A DNA stretch of 63,834 bases, the filler included, from Ministeria vibrans ATCC 50519 (Eukaryota; Protista; Filasterea), in the NCBI GenBank assembly GCA_943704425.1. It is 6 parts of 6 records of this genome, joined end to end, with 100 filler letters (N's around TTAATTAATTAA, not from the genome) between each part and the next. Parts side by side here need not be neighbours in the genome. Positions count along the whole stretch, not along the records: positions 1 to 11,417 come from CALSCP010000324.1; positions 11,518 to 31,954 come from CALSCP010001975.1; 4 more parts are not named here. One strand, given 5' to 3'. The stretch's first letter is position 1, and each line of letters opens with the position of its first letter. This document shows positions 1 to 11,663 of this stretch, in pieces. Under the pieces are notes generated by a model. It was not told the DNA's origin, ran no database searches, and was given only the letters and a program-made list of their open reading frames with translations. The translations under genes were made by a program, and so were the position numbers.

Positions 1-3000
1 ACGTGCCAGGACACCGTTAACGGCTATACGTGCGTGTGTGCGTGTGGCTATGAGGGCGTGCATTGTGCGACGGACACCAATGAGTGTGCGAGCAATCCAT
101 GCACGAACGGCGGCACGTGTGTCAATGAGGTGTGCTCGTTCTGGTGCTCGTGTCCCGTTGGGTTCACCGGTCTGTACTGTCAAACGAACATCAACGAGTG
201 CGCGTCAAACCCGTGCGCCAACGGCGGAACCTGTGTTGATCAGGTCAACGGCTACACCTGTACGTGCGACTGCGGCTGGGCCGGCACACACTGCACGACC
301 AACATCAACGAATGTGCCTCGACACCGTGTCAAAATGGCGCGACGTGCGTCGACAAGACGTGTGGTTTCACGTGTACATGTCCGCCGGGCTACCACGGCG
401 CCCTCTGCGAGACAAATACAAACGAGTGCTTCTCCAACCCATGTGCCAATGGCGGTACATGCGTTGACACGGTCAGTGGGTACACTTGTACGTGTCGCTG
501 TGGGTACGAAGGGACGCACTGTGAGATGGAGACGAACGAGTGTGCGTCGAACCCGTGTTCGAATGGCGGCACGTGCTTTGACGAGGTGTGCTCGTTCTGG
601 TGCTCGTGCAGTCCTGGGTTCACTGGCGTACATTGTCAGACACAGATCGACGAGTGTGCATCGAATCCGTGTGCCAATGGTGCGACGTGTGTCGATGGAG
701 TCAACGGGTTCTCGTGTGATTGCGCGTGTGGCTGGCAGGGTGCACTGTGCACTGTGAACATCAACGAGTGTGCGTCGACGCCGTGTCAGCATGGCGGCAC
801 GTGCACAGACGGCACATGTGGATTCACGTGTGCGTGTGCGCCGGGCTACTATGGACCGTTTTGTCAAACGGATGTGGACGAGTGCGGGAGCAGTCCGTGC
901 CAGAACGGTGCGACGTGCCAGGACACCGTTAACGGCTATACGTGCGTGTGTGCGTGTGGCTATGAGGGCGTGCATTGTGCCGCCAACACAAACGAATGCG
1001 CATCGGACCCGTGTCAGAATGGCGGTACGTGCGCTGATGGCGAGTGTGGCTACACGTGTGCGTGCAAGTACGGGTTTACTGGCGCTATGTGCGAGACCAA
1101 CATTGACGAGTGTGCGTCGAATCCGTGTGCAAACGGTGCATCGTGCGCCGACGTCGTCAATGGATACACGTGCTCGTGCGCATGCGGCTGGGCCGGCACA
1201 CACTGCACCACCAACATCAACGAATGTGCCTCGATGCCGTGTGAACATGGCGGTGCCTGCGTCGACAAGACGTGTGGCTACACGTGCCAGTGCCCGACGG
1301 GATACCATGGTGCGAATTGCGAGACGGATACAAACGAGTGCGCCAGCAACCCCTGTCTCAATGGAGCAACTTGTATGGACATTGTTGGTGGGTTTACATG
1401 CTTCTGCTCTTGTGGTTATGAAGGTGCGCACTGTGGCATGAATGTCAACGAGTGTGCGAGCGACCCATGTAACAATGGCGGCACGTGTACGGATGACTCA
1501 TGTGGGTACACGTGTACTTGCCAGTTAGGTTTCACTGGCGTTAGTTGCGAGACTGATATTGATGAGTGTGCTTCAAGCCCGTGTGCTAATGGAGCCACTT
1601 GTTTGGATGGAGTCGACAGCTACACGTGTAATTGTGGATGTGGATGGGAAGCAACTCACTGCTCAATCAATGTCGATGAGTGCTCTTCAAGTCCCTGTCA
1701 GAATCACGGCGTGTGTGTGGACGGCACGTGTGGATTTGTCTGCGTGTGTAAGCCTGGATATTATGGTCTGTTGTGCCAAGCAGACGTTGACGAGTGCGCC
1801 TCGTCGCCCTGCGAGAACGGCGGTAGCTGTCTTGATACTGTTGGTGGATACACCTGCAATTGTCGATGTGGCTATACGGGCACGCACTGCGAGAGCGACA
1901 TTGACGAGTGTGCCTCGTCACCCTGTCTTAATGAGGCCTCGTGTTTCAACGAGATCTGTGGCATCTGGTGCATGTGTACACCCGGTTATACCGGCTTCCA
2001 CTGCGAAACTAACGTCGACGAGTGCGCCTCAAACCCCTGTGCGAATGGTGCGACCTGCACTGACGGCATCAATGGACACACATGCGAGTGTGCCTGCGGA
2101 TGGGCTGGTCCGCAATGCACACACAACCTGGACGAGTGTGCTTCGAGCCCCTGCCAGAATGGCGCGACTTGTGTTGACGAAACGTGCGGCTATAAATGCG
2201 CCTGCTCTCCTGGCTACCACGGCGACCACTGCGAGACCGACATTAACGAGTGTGAAAGCAGTCCTTGCCAACATGGTGCTTCGTGTGTCGAGGCTGCCAA
2301 TGGCTACTCCTGTGTGTGTGGTTCGGGTCTGACGGGTACCTTGTGTGAATCCAAAATTGACGAATGTGCCTCGTCGCCGTGTCAACACTACGGTACTTGC
2401 GTCGACTACCTTGACCATTACGTGTGCCAGTGCGTGCCCGGCTACACCGGTTCCGAATGTGAGAGCAACATTGACGAGTGTGCCTCGTCGCCGTGTGCTT
2501 CGGGTGGTACCTGTGTGGACAAAATTGATCGCTACGAGTGTCTATGCCGTGATGGACACGCGGGGACCCGCTGTGAGACAGACGTCGACGAGTGTGCTTC
2601 GTCGCCATGTGTTAATGGAGGAACCTGTTTTAACTTGCTGGGTTCGTTCACGTGCCACTGCGTTGACGGTCTCACGGGTGTTCTGTGTGAGTCGGCAATC
2701 GACGAGTGCGCGTCTAGTCCCTGCGAGCATGGTGGCACCTGTGTCGACAAGGCGTCAGCTCACACGTGTATTTGTGCGGACGGTTACCAGGGAGCTCAGT
2801 GTGAGACGGACGTGGACGAGTGCGCCTCGTCGCCATGTGGCGATGGTGGTACGTGTACTGATGGCGTTGCAAGTTTTGTGTGCACCTGTGCGGTTGGTCG
2901 TGTTGGCGACCACTGTGAGACGGACGTGGACGAGTGTGCCTCATCACCGTGTCACAATGGCGCCACCTGCTTGAATTTGTCCGGTGTGTATGAGTGCACC

Positions 3001-5595
3001 TGCGTCGAGGGCTTTGTAGGTAATCAGTGTGAGACGGATGTCGACGAGTGCGCATCCAACCCTTGCCTCAATGGTGCGTCGTGTCTCGATCAGGCTGGAC
3101 GCCCCCATTGCGAGTGTCTGAGCGGCTTCACAGGCGACGAGTGCGAGAGCAAGATTGACCCATGCGCATCGTCGCCCTGTCTGCAAACAGGCACGTGTGT
3201 TATCACGTCGTACGAGCCCGCGGATTATGCTTGTTCTTGTGATAACGGATTTACTGGCGCTTACTGCGAGTCGGAGATTGCGGAGTGTCTCTCGTCGCCG
3301 TGCGTCAACGGCGGTAACTGCAGCGAGGGCACTGCGCCCGGCGCGTTCGTGTGCGCATGTCCGCCCGAGTACACGGGCGTCTCTTGCGAGACACTCTACG
3401 AGTGTGCCTCGGCACCATGTCACAACAACAGCTCGTGTGTCGACGGCGATAATGCCTACTCGTGTGTGTGTCTCCCGGGATTCACCGGCTACGATTGCGA
3501 ATCTGAGGTCGATGAGTGCGTGTCGAGTCCATGCAAGGTCGGTGCAACATGCCGCGACATGCTCAACGGGTACATTTGCACGTGCTTCTCAGGCTGGGTG
3601 GGCACGCACTGCGACGAGGTCGATCCATGTCTGTCGTCGCCCTGTGCAAACGGTACCGAGTACTGCCATGGCTCGAGTGCCGCAAGCTACTCATGTACTC
3701 CTGTGTGCGACCCGTCACCGTGTCTCAATGGCGCCACTTGTGTTGCCGGCGACGGTTTTGACGTATGCATGTGTCCCACAGGCTTTACAGGAGACGCGTG
3801 CGAGACTGCCGTTGATGCGTGCGACAGCAGTCCGTGCGAGAATGGCGGAACATGTGTGCAGGGGACAACGCATGTGCTCTACAACTGCACCTGTGTGGTC
3901 GGCTACAACGGTACTCACTGCGATGTACTTGTGGACGGTGGCAGTAGTAGCGAGAGTTCGTTTACCAACGTGGGAGGAGCACCGGGCTGGCTTATTATTG
4001 TGCTGATTTTGTCGCTAGTGGCGTTGCTTGCCTTTATTGCCATGTTTGCGTACATGCGCAAGCGCAAGGACCCCAGCGCCGTCGAAGTCAATGTGCTGAC
4101 GGCTCATCCGGTGGGACAGCCCAAGGAGTGGCGTACGGGAGCGCTCTACCAGCCCGATGGTGTGTTCGCGTCGTCAGTTGGCTCGCGCAGCACATCGTCG
4201 CACGCCGGCTCGAGTGACACAGAACACGACGATCACTACTCGTCGAGTCTGGGTGGCATGGCTCGTCGCTCGTCGGTGGCTCCATCGCCGGCAACGGGTC
4301 TCATGAGTGGACATGGTGGTGGTGCGGGCCAGACACCACTGGCGGCAACACCTGCAGGAGTGGGCTCTCGACAGACGAGCTTCTTGACGGGACTGCGCGG
4401 TGACGGACCGAGCAATGCGAAAGCCAACAGTGGTTTGCGGGCTCCGGCCGGGCGTCGACCAAGTATGGCACCTCTACTGAGTGGCGAGGGTGAAGTGGTC
4501 ACGACGGCGAGCGGCGAGTCGTCGCGTCGTGGCTCGAACGCACACATGGGCGCAATGGCTGCGGCAATGGCAGGACTCTCGGAGGGCCTTCCCGACTGGA
4601 TTGGTGAGGGTGGCGAGACTATGAACGGCAGCAGTCGAAATGCGAATATGTTTGCAGATGAGTCTGAGCTGGCCATTGCGGAGATGCAGATGATCTCGGG
4701 TCGCGGTGGCAGCTGGATGGATGCGAGTCGCGTGGCGGAGACGGACGCAGGACACCATATGGGCAGCACGGGCGCCATTGGCAGTTGGGTGTCTACAAGT
4801 CAGTCGACGATGCGCCGACGAGGCAGTCGGTCGAGCAGCCGCGAAGGAGGTGCGTCATCGTCGACGACGACGCACGAGCGTCCTTGGCTCAACGACAGCA
4901 GCTGGGTGCCCAACCAGAGTAGTGGGGCCGACACTACGCGCTACGACACCGATTTGGCTTACGTCACCTCGACGTCCCGTCCTTCGTCGGCGCAGGGCGG
5001 CAGCACCCTGCGCCGTCGCAATCGCACACCAGTGACAGCGTCCGCCGAGGCGAGCAGCAGCCAAGCGAGGGCGTCAATGGATTTGATGCTTGCGCTTGCA
5101 GGTGCTTCGGGCGGAGCGGGTGACGGTCGTGCGGGTCATGCGGGAATGGGTCGCCAGCGATCGTTTCAGCCGTCCCTCGACGCCGTAGCCCGTTCCAGCA
5201 ACAGTGCTGCGGCGACAGCGACCAAAACGGAGCGCAACACGTCGTACACAGAGCGTCCCCTTGAGCGCGAGGTGCATGTCCTTGACGATGGTACCGAGGA
5301 GATTGTGGAGACGAGCGAGGAGATCGCCACGACCACCACGACCACAACAACGGAACTTGTGCAGTCGTCGAGTGCCGCTGTGGCCAGAGCACGCGTGGGT
5401 TCGCCGTTGTCGTCGTCGGGCCACAGCACGCTGCGTCGTCGCGCCTCGGCGACACTTGCTGCGCGCGCCATCACGCCTCTCGACGACGATGATGTCTACC
5501 AAGACCAGTTTCCTCTGCCTAACCGTGGATCGCAGCTTCCCAATGCAATTGGGGACGAGTCTGAGGACGACGATATGAACGAGACATACATTTGA
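1..5595 (+). CDS. Single-pass membrane protein with at least 35 tandem EGF repeats (mostly calcium-binding, Notch/fibropellin-type), a TM helix, a long disordered cytoplasmic tail and a C-terminal PDZ-binding motif; 5' truncated by the window edge
   Basis: Frame is open from base 1. Repeating 38-aa units (D/N-x-D/N-E-C-A-S-x-P-C-x-N-G-G/A-T-C). Hydrophobic [23 protein letters not shown] followed by RKRK at about 3988-4068. Ends ETYI*. No LNR/NOD/ankyrin repeats, so not Notch itself. Confidence 0.93.
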   Translation, partial: TCQDTVNGYTCVCACGYEGVHCATDTNECASNPCTNGGTCVNEVCSFWCSCPVGFTGLYCQTNINECASNPCANGGTCVDQVNGYTCTCDCGWAGTHCTTNINECASTPCQNGATCVDKTCGFTCTCPPGYHGALCETNTNECFSNPCANGGTCVDTVSGYTCTCRCGYEGTHCEMETNECASNPCSNGGTCFDEVCSFWCSCSPGFTGVHCQTQIDECASNPCANGATCVDGVNGFSCDCACGWQGALCTVNINECASTPCQHGGTCTDGTCGFTCACAPGYYGPFCQTDVDECGSSPCQNGATCQDTVNGYTCVCACGYEGVHCAANTNECASDPCQNGGTCADGECGYTCACKYGFTGAMCETNIDECASNPCANGASCADVVNGYTCSCACGWAGTHCTTNINECASMPCEHGGACVDKTCGYTCQCPTGYHGANCETDTNECASNPCLNGATCMDIVGGFTCFCSCGYEGAHCGMNVNECASDPCNNGGTCTDDSCGYTCTCQLGFTGVSCETDIDECASSPCANGATCLDGVDSYTCNCGCGWEATHCSINVDECSSSPCQNHGVCVDGTCGFVCVCKPGYYGLLCQADVDECASSPCENGGSCLDTVGGYTCNCRCGYTGTHCESDIDECASSPCLNEASCFNEICGIWCMCTPGYTGFHCETNVDECASNPCANGATCTDGINGHTCECACGWAGPQCTHNLDECASSPCQNGATCVDETCGYKCACSPGYHGDHCETDINECESSPCQHGASCVEAANGYSCVCGSGLTGTLCESKIDECASSPCQHYGTCVDYLDHYVCQCVPGYTGSECESNIDECASSPCASGGTCVDKIDRYECLCRDGHAGTRCETDVDECASSPCVNGGTCFNLLGSFTCHCVDGLTGVLCESAIDECASSPCEHGGTCVDKASAHTCICADGYQGAQCETDVDECASSPCGDGGTCTDGVASFVCTCAVGRVGDHCETDVDECASSPCHNGATCLNLSGVYECTCVEGFVGNQCETDVDECASNPCLNGASCLDQAGRPHCECLSGFTGDECESKIDPCASSPCLQTGTCVITSYEPADYACSCDNGFTGAYCESEIAECLSSPCVNGGNCSEGTAPGAFVCACPPEYTGVSCETLYECASAPCHNNSSCVDGDNAYSCVCLPGFTGYDCESEVDECVSSPCKVGATCRDMLNGYICTCFSGWVGTHCDEVDPCLSSPCANGTEYCHGSSAASYSCTPVCDPSPCLNGATCVAGDGFDVCMCPTGFTGDACETAVDACDSSPCENGGTCVQGTTHVLYNCTCVVGYNGTHCDVLVDGGSSSESSFTNVGGAPGWLIIVLILSLVALLAFIAMFAYMRKRKDPSAVEVNVLTAHPVGQPKEWRTGALYQPDGVFASSVGSRSTSSHAGSSDTEHDDHYSSSLGGMARRSSVAPSPATGLMSGHGGGAGQTPLAATPAGVGSRQTSFLTGLRGDGPSNAKANSGLRAPAGRRPSMAPLLSGEGEVVTTASGESSRRGSNAHMGAMAAAMAGLSEGLPDWIGEGGETMNGSSRNANMFADESELAIAEMQMISGRGGSWMDASRVAETDAGHHMGSTGAIGSWVSTSQSTMRRRGSRSSSREGGASSSTTTHERPWLNDSSWVPNQSSGADTTRYDTDLAYVTSTSRPSSAQGGSTLRRRNRTPVTASAEASSSQARASMDLMLALAGASGGAGDGRAGHAGMGRQRSFQPSLDAVARSSNSAAATATKTERNTSYTERPLEREVHVLDDGTEEIVETSEEIATTTTTTTTELVQSSSAAVARARVGSPLSSSGHSTLRRRASATLAARAITPLDDDDVYQDQFPLPNRGSQLPNAIGDESEDDDMNETYI

Positions 5596-6075
5596 GAGAG
5601 TCATGATCACGAGAGGAGAGTGTTTTCGTGAGAGAGAGAGATATATTGTACGCGAGAGAAACAATGAAATAAAAATATTATTACTATTATAATATTGTTT
5701 GAATGTTGCACTGAGACTTCTGTTGAAAGAATTCGGAAAGGATTTGAGATAATTATTATTAAATATAAGAATATTTAAAAGAGACTCGAGAGACGTTGTA
5801 CTCAATAAAATTGTGACTTTATTAAACGTAGACACAACAAGACAATATTAATATACAAAACAAAGAACATGCAGCACAATACGTCATAATATATTATTCT
5901 TAATTTCTTATGGTTTCACAGTTTTGTCTTGATTTGAGCGATCTAATCTATTTATTTTCTCTTATTCGTATCATTATTAACCAACGATTGCAAGGACTGG
6001 TCACTGAAGGAGTGAAGGACGTGGTGCCACATACATATTGTTGCTGTTGCTCATCTCGCGCGCGGTGAATGACCA

Positions 6076-9000
6076 ATGACCTCTTTGCGAGACACGCTCA
6101 GAGAAAAACGGGCGTCGTCGCGCGCCTCATTGCTTGCGTCGCCAAGACAACGTGAAACCCTTCCTCAAGGGGTGGGTGCCGCCGATGCAGCCGCAAGGCT
6201 AGCCCATCGCCAGTGGTCCCGACAGGGATTAATGCCAACGAGCGGGGCCCAGAGCCTCACAATGTTGGAGTTGCAAGGTTCGCCAGAGTGAGACATTGAC
6301 AGAGAGAGAGAAGCCGTTTGTATTTTTTTGAAAACGTAAAAGCACATTCGGCACACACGCATTTGCCTTTGTATTCTTGAGTTTGATTGATAGCCATTTG
6401 TTCACCTGCAGACGTTGTCAAACTGGAGCGCAATGCGCTCACTTTCTCACGTCAAAAAAGTTGACACTGATTGTATTTTTTTTTTTTGAATTCGTTGCAG
6501 ACGTAACAAACAACAGATCCTCTATGCGCGCTCGTATTGCCGAGGCTGCTCGTTCTGACCGACAGGCTGCTGCAACGGAGGAAACTTCAAGTGGGAGGCC
6601 GTTGGGCCACCATGTTCAGACGCCGGCGTGCTCAGACGCGTCAGCCGTTGCCGAGCGACCACCAATCGACTCGACAATGCTTTCTGACGAACTCGAGACA
6701 GGTGCTCCACCACTGCGTGTGCCAAGCACGTCCAATTCCTGTTTAAAGACCTCCAGTGATACTGGCGACACCGACAGCGATGTGTCGGTCGCGATTGAGC
6801 CTGACGAGGGTGCACCACCACCAACGTTAGCGTTTGTCCAGACGGCTGCTGTGGACACGACGCCCGCCTCCAATGACGAAGCATTTTCTTTCTTTACGAC
6901 GGGTGTTGCTGTGACCACCGACCATGACGATCGTGAGGAGGGCGAGCGAGCGACGCAGGCAGAGCCCGAGTTGGAAGCGTTGACTGAGTATGCGGGTGCA
7001 CACCATGCCGATGGCCTGAATGCAACCATCAATGGGATTGTCGAGGGACACTTGGGTGCGGACTGGAAGTCGCAGTTTGCAATGGAGGGCAAGTGGAGAT
7101 ATGTACCGTGGCGCGAGCGACGTGAAGCGGAAACACAACGCCATGTGTATGTGAGCAGTCTGGAGGCACACTCGGCGGAGGAGCGTGTTGTGGATGGAGA
7201 CCACCAGCCTCGCTTTATTGAGGACGAAGGCTTCTTTGTGGGTCGCGGACCAGCGATGAAAGTTGCCTGGTGGAATCGCAATCGAGCGGAAAACCGCATT
7301 CTTGTGAGTGCGGATGAGCGTCGAGCCGACTGGTTTGGACCGGACGGCCACCTGGCTGGCAGTCAGGCCAATCCACTGCGCGCCCTGCCCCATCGACTGG
7401 CGCGCATGCATGACTCAGACTACGACGATGACAACGACGGTCGACGCGTAGACGAGTTGGAGGCGCAGGCGCCTGGAGCGCTACGGGTGGTGGTGCATCG
7501 ACCTGTACGGAGTGTCGTGTTGGATGAGAGAGGACTCAACGTAGATCAAACAGTGTCGCTCGATGCGACTGCTGGCGGAGAAGGCGACTACCGGCTGTGC
7601 GTGGACCTTTCCGAGGTGCGTTTTCTGCAGCATCCACTCCAAACACGCGAGCATGCACTCGCTAACGAGATCACCGTGCTAGCGAAACGACTGCGCGAGT
7701 GGTCCCAGCGCAACCGACTCGCATTCTTGAACGATCGACTGCGTGCGCTACGTGATGCCGTTCAGCGTCTGGCCAGCGACGACCCCGCAGCGTCGTTGCG
7801 CCAGTCAACGGCATTGCGTCTCGGCAGCAACTCGGTGGTGCGGAGCCATTCGACTGCGTCGGTGCGTAGACGAACGCTCGCACAAAAGTACCGACTGGAG
7901 ATTCGTCAGGTGCGCACCCAACGGGACGCCGAGCAACGCGTGCCTGAGCAGCTTACCGAGGAGATGATGCGCGTGTGGCGTCAGTTGAAGCAGCTACGGG
8001 TGCAGCAGGGCTTCTGCTCGACAAGTGTGCGAGTGCAGGTGCGGGAAGAGACGCACGATATGGCACAGGACCGTGAGAGGCTGGAAAGGATTGTCCGTGA
8101 CGAGGTGGAAGATGAGCGTGCCGAGTACGATGCGTGGTTTGCAGAGCAGTTGGACGCGTGGGAGTTGGAGCAACACGGCGACGCACCAATGCATGCATTT
8201 GACGAAGGGGCCGTTCTCAGTCGCGTAGTCACTCGCATTGCGCGTGTGTACCGTGAACCAGGGCGAAGTGTGTACCACCCCGATGTCACGCCGTCAGTGG
8301 TGATGACACCCGATGCAGAGTGTCCGCGTGTGGAACGAGACCGGCGCGAGGCACTGCACCAGACCGCCGTGTACGCTGTATTCCGCTTCAATGGACGCGA
8401 TGTCGATCGCACGAGTCCACGTCCGCTCGCTCGTGACTTCCATGTGTACTTTGGCGACATTGTCGAATTAAATGTGCGACGTGCTCCCGACTCCCTGTCC
8501 CTCCAACTGTGGCAGGTGGGTGGTGTGCGCAATACCATGCTGTGCGAAGTGCCACTTGGCGTACCTCCACCGGGCGTTACACTCGCTACCACAGGCGCTT
8601 CTCATGAGACATATCCATTCTCCACTGAGAGCGCTGTAGCCGTCCTAGGCGTCGATAACAACTCTTTTACTAATGCTCGCAACGACGGTGTCACTAGCGA
8701 CGTCGATGCAAATGGTGGAGCTCCCACGATGCTGCCGAGCTCGGTGTTTGATGGGCAGCTGGGTCGCACACAGGGGGTGGTGACAGGAGCGCGACGAGAG
8801 AGCGTGGCGTCGCTGTCTCGACGTCGGTCGCTCCCGCGAGTCCCTGCAGGAGCGGGCACGTCGTCGTTGACGACGCCGCTGGTGTCATCGCTATCAGGCG
8901 AGCTCTATGCACGCACAGGTTGGGGTGTGTCCGAGCAGACAGGACATGTACTATCTCCACCAAAAAGTACCGGCAGCAACAGTACTAGCAAGGGTATCAG

Positions 9001-11196
9001 CTTGAGCGGGGGTACTGAGGCAGATGCCAGCGACGTACTGACGCACACTGGGATGATGAGTGCACGACGGGTTGCGGAGTGGATTGAACAACGTCATTTG
9101 GATCCCAACGACCCACGCAACGCAGCACTGCTGACGTTTGCCCGACTGCATGGCAATGCGGGAGTAGAGATGTCTGCGCCGACGGGCTACTTTCGTCTGC
9201 AAGTGCCCTTGAATGGACTGGCACTAGTACTGGACGACGGAATGGAGACGGCAACAGTGGTGGAGCAGCGGCGTGAGCGATTATTGCAACTGCGAGATGG
9301 AGGACACACGCACTATCGTCAGATTGAAATGGTTCCGCTCGATGGCGCTCAGATCGACGAGGGAATCTTTGCGGTGGCGGACGAGGAGGCACGTCAAGAA
9401 CGCCTGCGCAAGCAGAGCCTTGATCCATTTGAGGGATACGTGGATGGCGCAGTCGATAGCGATCTTCGAGGTCTGAATGAGACAACGGGGCCTCACGTGA
9501 CTTTGTCGCTGGAGCAAGAGCGACCGCGTTTTCTCGACCGACTGCGCGCGACTGCACTGGTGCGACAGCGTCGGGGTCAACAGGTGCGCACTGTGCTGGA
9601 GGACGTTGTCTCGGAAGAGCCGCTGCCGACGATGCAGGTACTCTGGTCGACGGTGCGCCAGGTGTTTGCACGCCGCCATCCACTGGCGCCGACACGCCGA
9701 GAGCGACGCATGGTCGAAGTGGCTGGTCCGGTGCAAGAGGATATTTCTATAATTGTGCGCATTGTACGTGTGCACAACGCTCCCGTGCGGCTGGAGGCGC
9801 GCGAGCGAGCCCAACGCGAGCAGCAAGAAAAGCGAGAGGCAGAACAGGCACTGGAACTGCAACGTCAGCTTGACCAAAGAGAAGCTGGTACGGCACCGTC
9901 GTCGAGTGGGGCCATTCTCGAACGGACTGCGGCCACGCGAGCATCGCGCAAACGGGATCGTCGCGAGAGCATCGCTATGCTTGCAGCTTCCGGCTCCGTC
10001 TCAGACCTGCTGGCGAGAGCCAACATTGCAGTGCGACCACAGTTGAGCGCCACGGGCGCCCAGGCGGCTGCTATGCAGCGACAGCAGAGTCAGCAAGTAG
10101 TGGGCATTGACTCGGTAAATGCAGAGGAGGAGCTGGGTCTGGAGGCGAGTCGGGCGGACGCCAGTGAGCTTGGTAGTGCCTACCGTGCGGCCACGGCGCT
10201 TGTGTCGCGTGAGATTCTCGGACATGTTGGACACCGTGACGTGCGGCCGTTTGTCGAAGTACGCTTTCAACGGGCGGACCAGCGCACGCGCACTTCAGCG
10301 GGTCGCAATGCACAGTTCAACGAGGAGATGACTCTGCCCTTTCGCAGCCCCACCGGCGAATACACTCCGACTGCGTTGCAATCGGTGGACGATTCGATTT
10401 TCATCAATCTCTTTGACGAGGTTGTTGTCGATGCGCTTGTGGACGAGCGCGATCGTGAGGCGCAGATCCAGCAGCGACTCGAACGTCGCTGGCTCGGCAC
10501 TCTCACGCTTCCTTTCTCGACACTCTACCTGAACAACCGCATTGAAGGAACCTTCCGGCTCGAGACTCCGCCCGTGCTGCTGGGCTATGCGCAAGAAGGA
10601 AGTGGCAGCGCGGTGATGATGAGTGGTGGCAAGGCGGCGGCCGGCCAAGCAGGTGGGGATGTCGATTGTGACTCTGGGCGATGCGACACGCATGTGACGC
10701 TGTTTCTGACGATTGAGCCTCCCTTGAGACCACTCGCGCCGCTGCACCCAAACCTGGAGAGCAGCGAAGACCCGCGTTTACTGTCGTACGCGGAACACTG
10801 GTCAAGCACACTGCGACGGCCCTTTGACACACTGGTGATGGACATCAACGGCAAGGCGGTTTTTATGACACGCTTCCTCACGGCTCAGCAGCCGCCAGTG
10901 GAGCTGTTGATGGACGACGGCCGTGACAATGGTGTGGGCTCGAGTTCTAATAGAAGTGGCACTGCAGTCGGCGCTCCACGTCTGTCGCTCATGGACACGC
11001 TGACACGACTGCTCTGCTTTGTGCGTGCCATTCCATTTGTCGGGGATGCCGTAGCGTTTAGTGGCAAGTGCGACTTATGGAGCACGAGCGAGGAGTTCCT
11101 TCAGATTTTGGCGGGTGACGAAGAAGAGCACGCCATTCTGCTGTGCAACTTTTTCCTTGCGCTTGGCCTCGATGCCTATCTTGTCTTAGGCACAGG
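6076..11196 (+). CDS. CC2D2A: Ciliary transition-zone protein CC2D2A/MKS6; 3' truncated at the contig end
   Basis: Motifs PRFIEDEGFFVG, FLQHPLQTREH, LDPNDPRNA; C2 domain VRPFVEVRFQ...FNEEMTLPF; DLWSTSEEFLQILAGDEEEHAILLCNFFL. Probable first exon 6076-6277 spliced to about 6501; donor GTGAGT at 11197. Confidence 0.9.
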
Positions 11197-11321
11197 TGAG
11201 TGATATGTGAAAGAAATCAAAGAATTGTGCACCACTGTTGCAGTGTACCTAAGAATTATTCATCGTGATCAACATCGAGTTTATGTATAATAGGTTATTA
11301 TTATGAATAATAATAATAATA

Positions 11322-11414
<93 letters not shown>

Positions 11415-11417
11415 TTT

Positions 11418-11517
11418 NNNNNNNNNNNNNNNNNNNNNNNNNNNNNNNNNNNNNNNNNNNNTTAATTAATTAANNNNNNNNNNNNNNNNNNNNNNNNNNN
11501 NNNNNNNNNNNNNNNNN
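11418..11517. other. Artificial contig spacer (44 N + TTAATTAATTAA + 44 N)
   Basis: Identical 100-nt construct occurs five times in the window; the linker carries stop codons in all six frames. Confidence 0.97.
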
Positions 11518-11518
11518 C

Positions 11519-11621
<103 letters not shown>

Positions 11622-11663
11622 ACCATAAAAAACAAAAGATATAATAATCAACTTGAATTATAC

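Noticed and set aside
1-5595. Calling the EGF receptor Notch, Delta or Crumbs
   Set aside because: No LNR/NOD/ANK, DSL or laminin-G domain is visible; the N-terminus is outside the window.
11462-11473. Repeated palindrome TTAATTAATTAA as a biological element
   Set aside because: Always centred in a fixed 44N-12-44N block; it is an artificial joiner.
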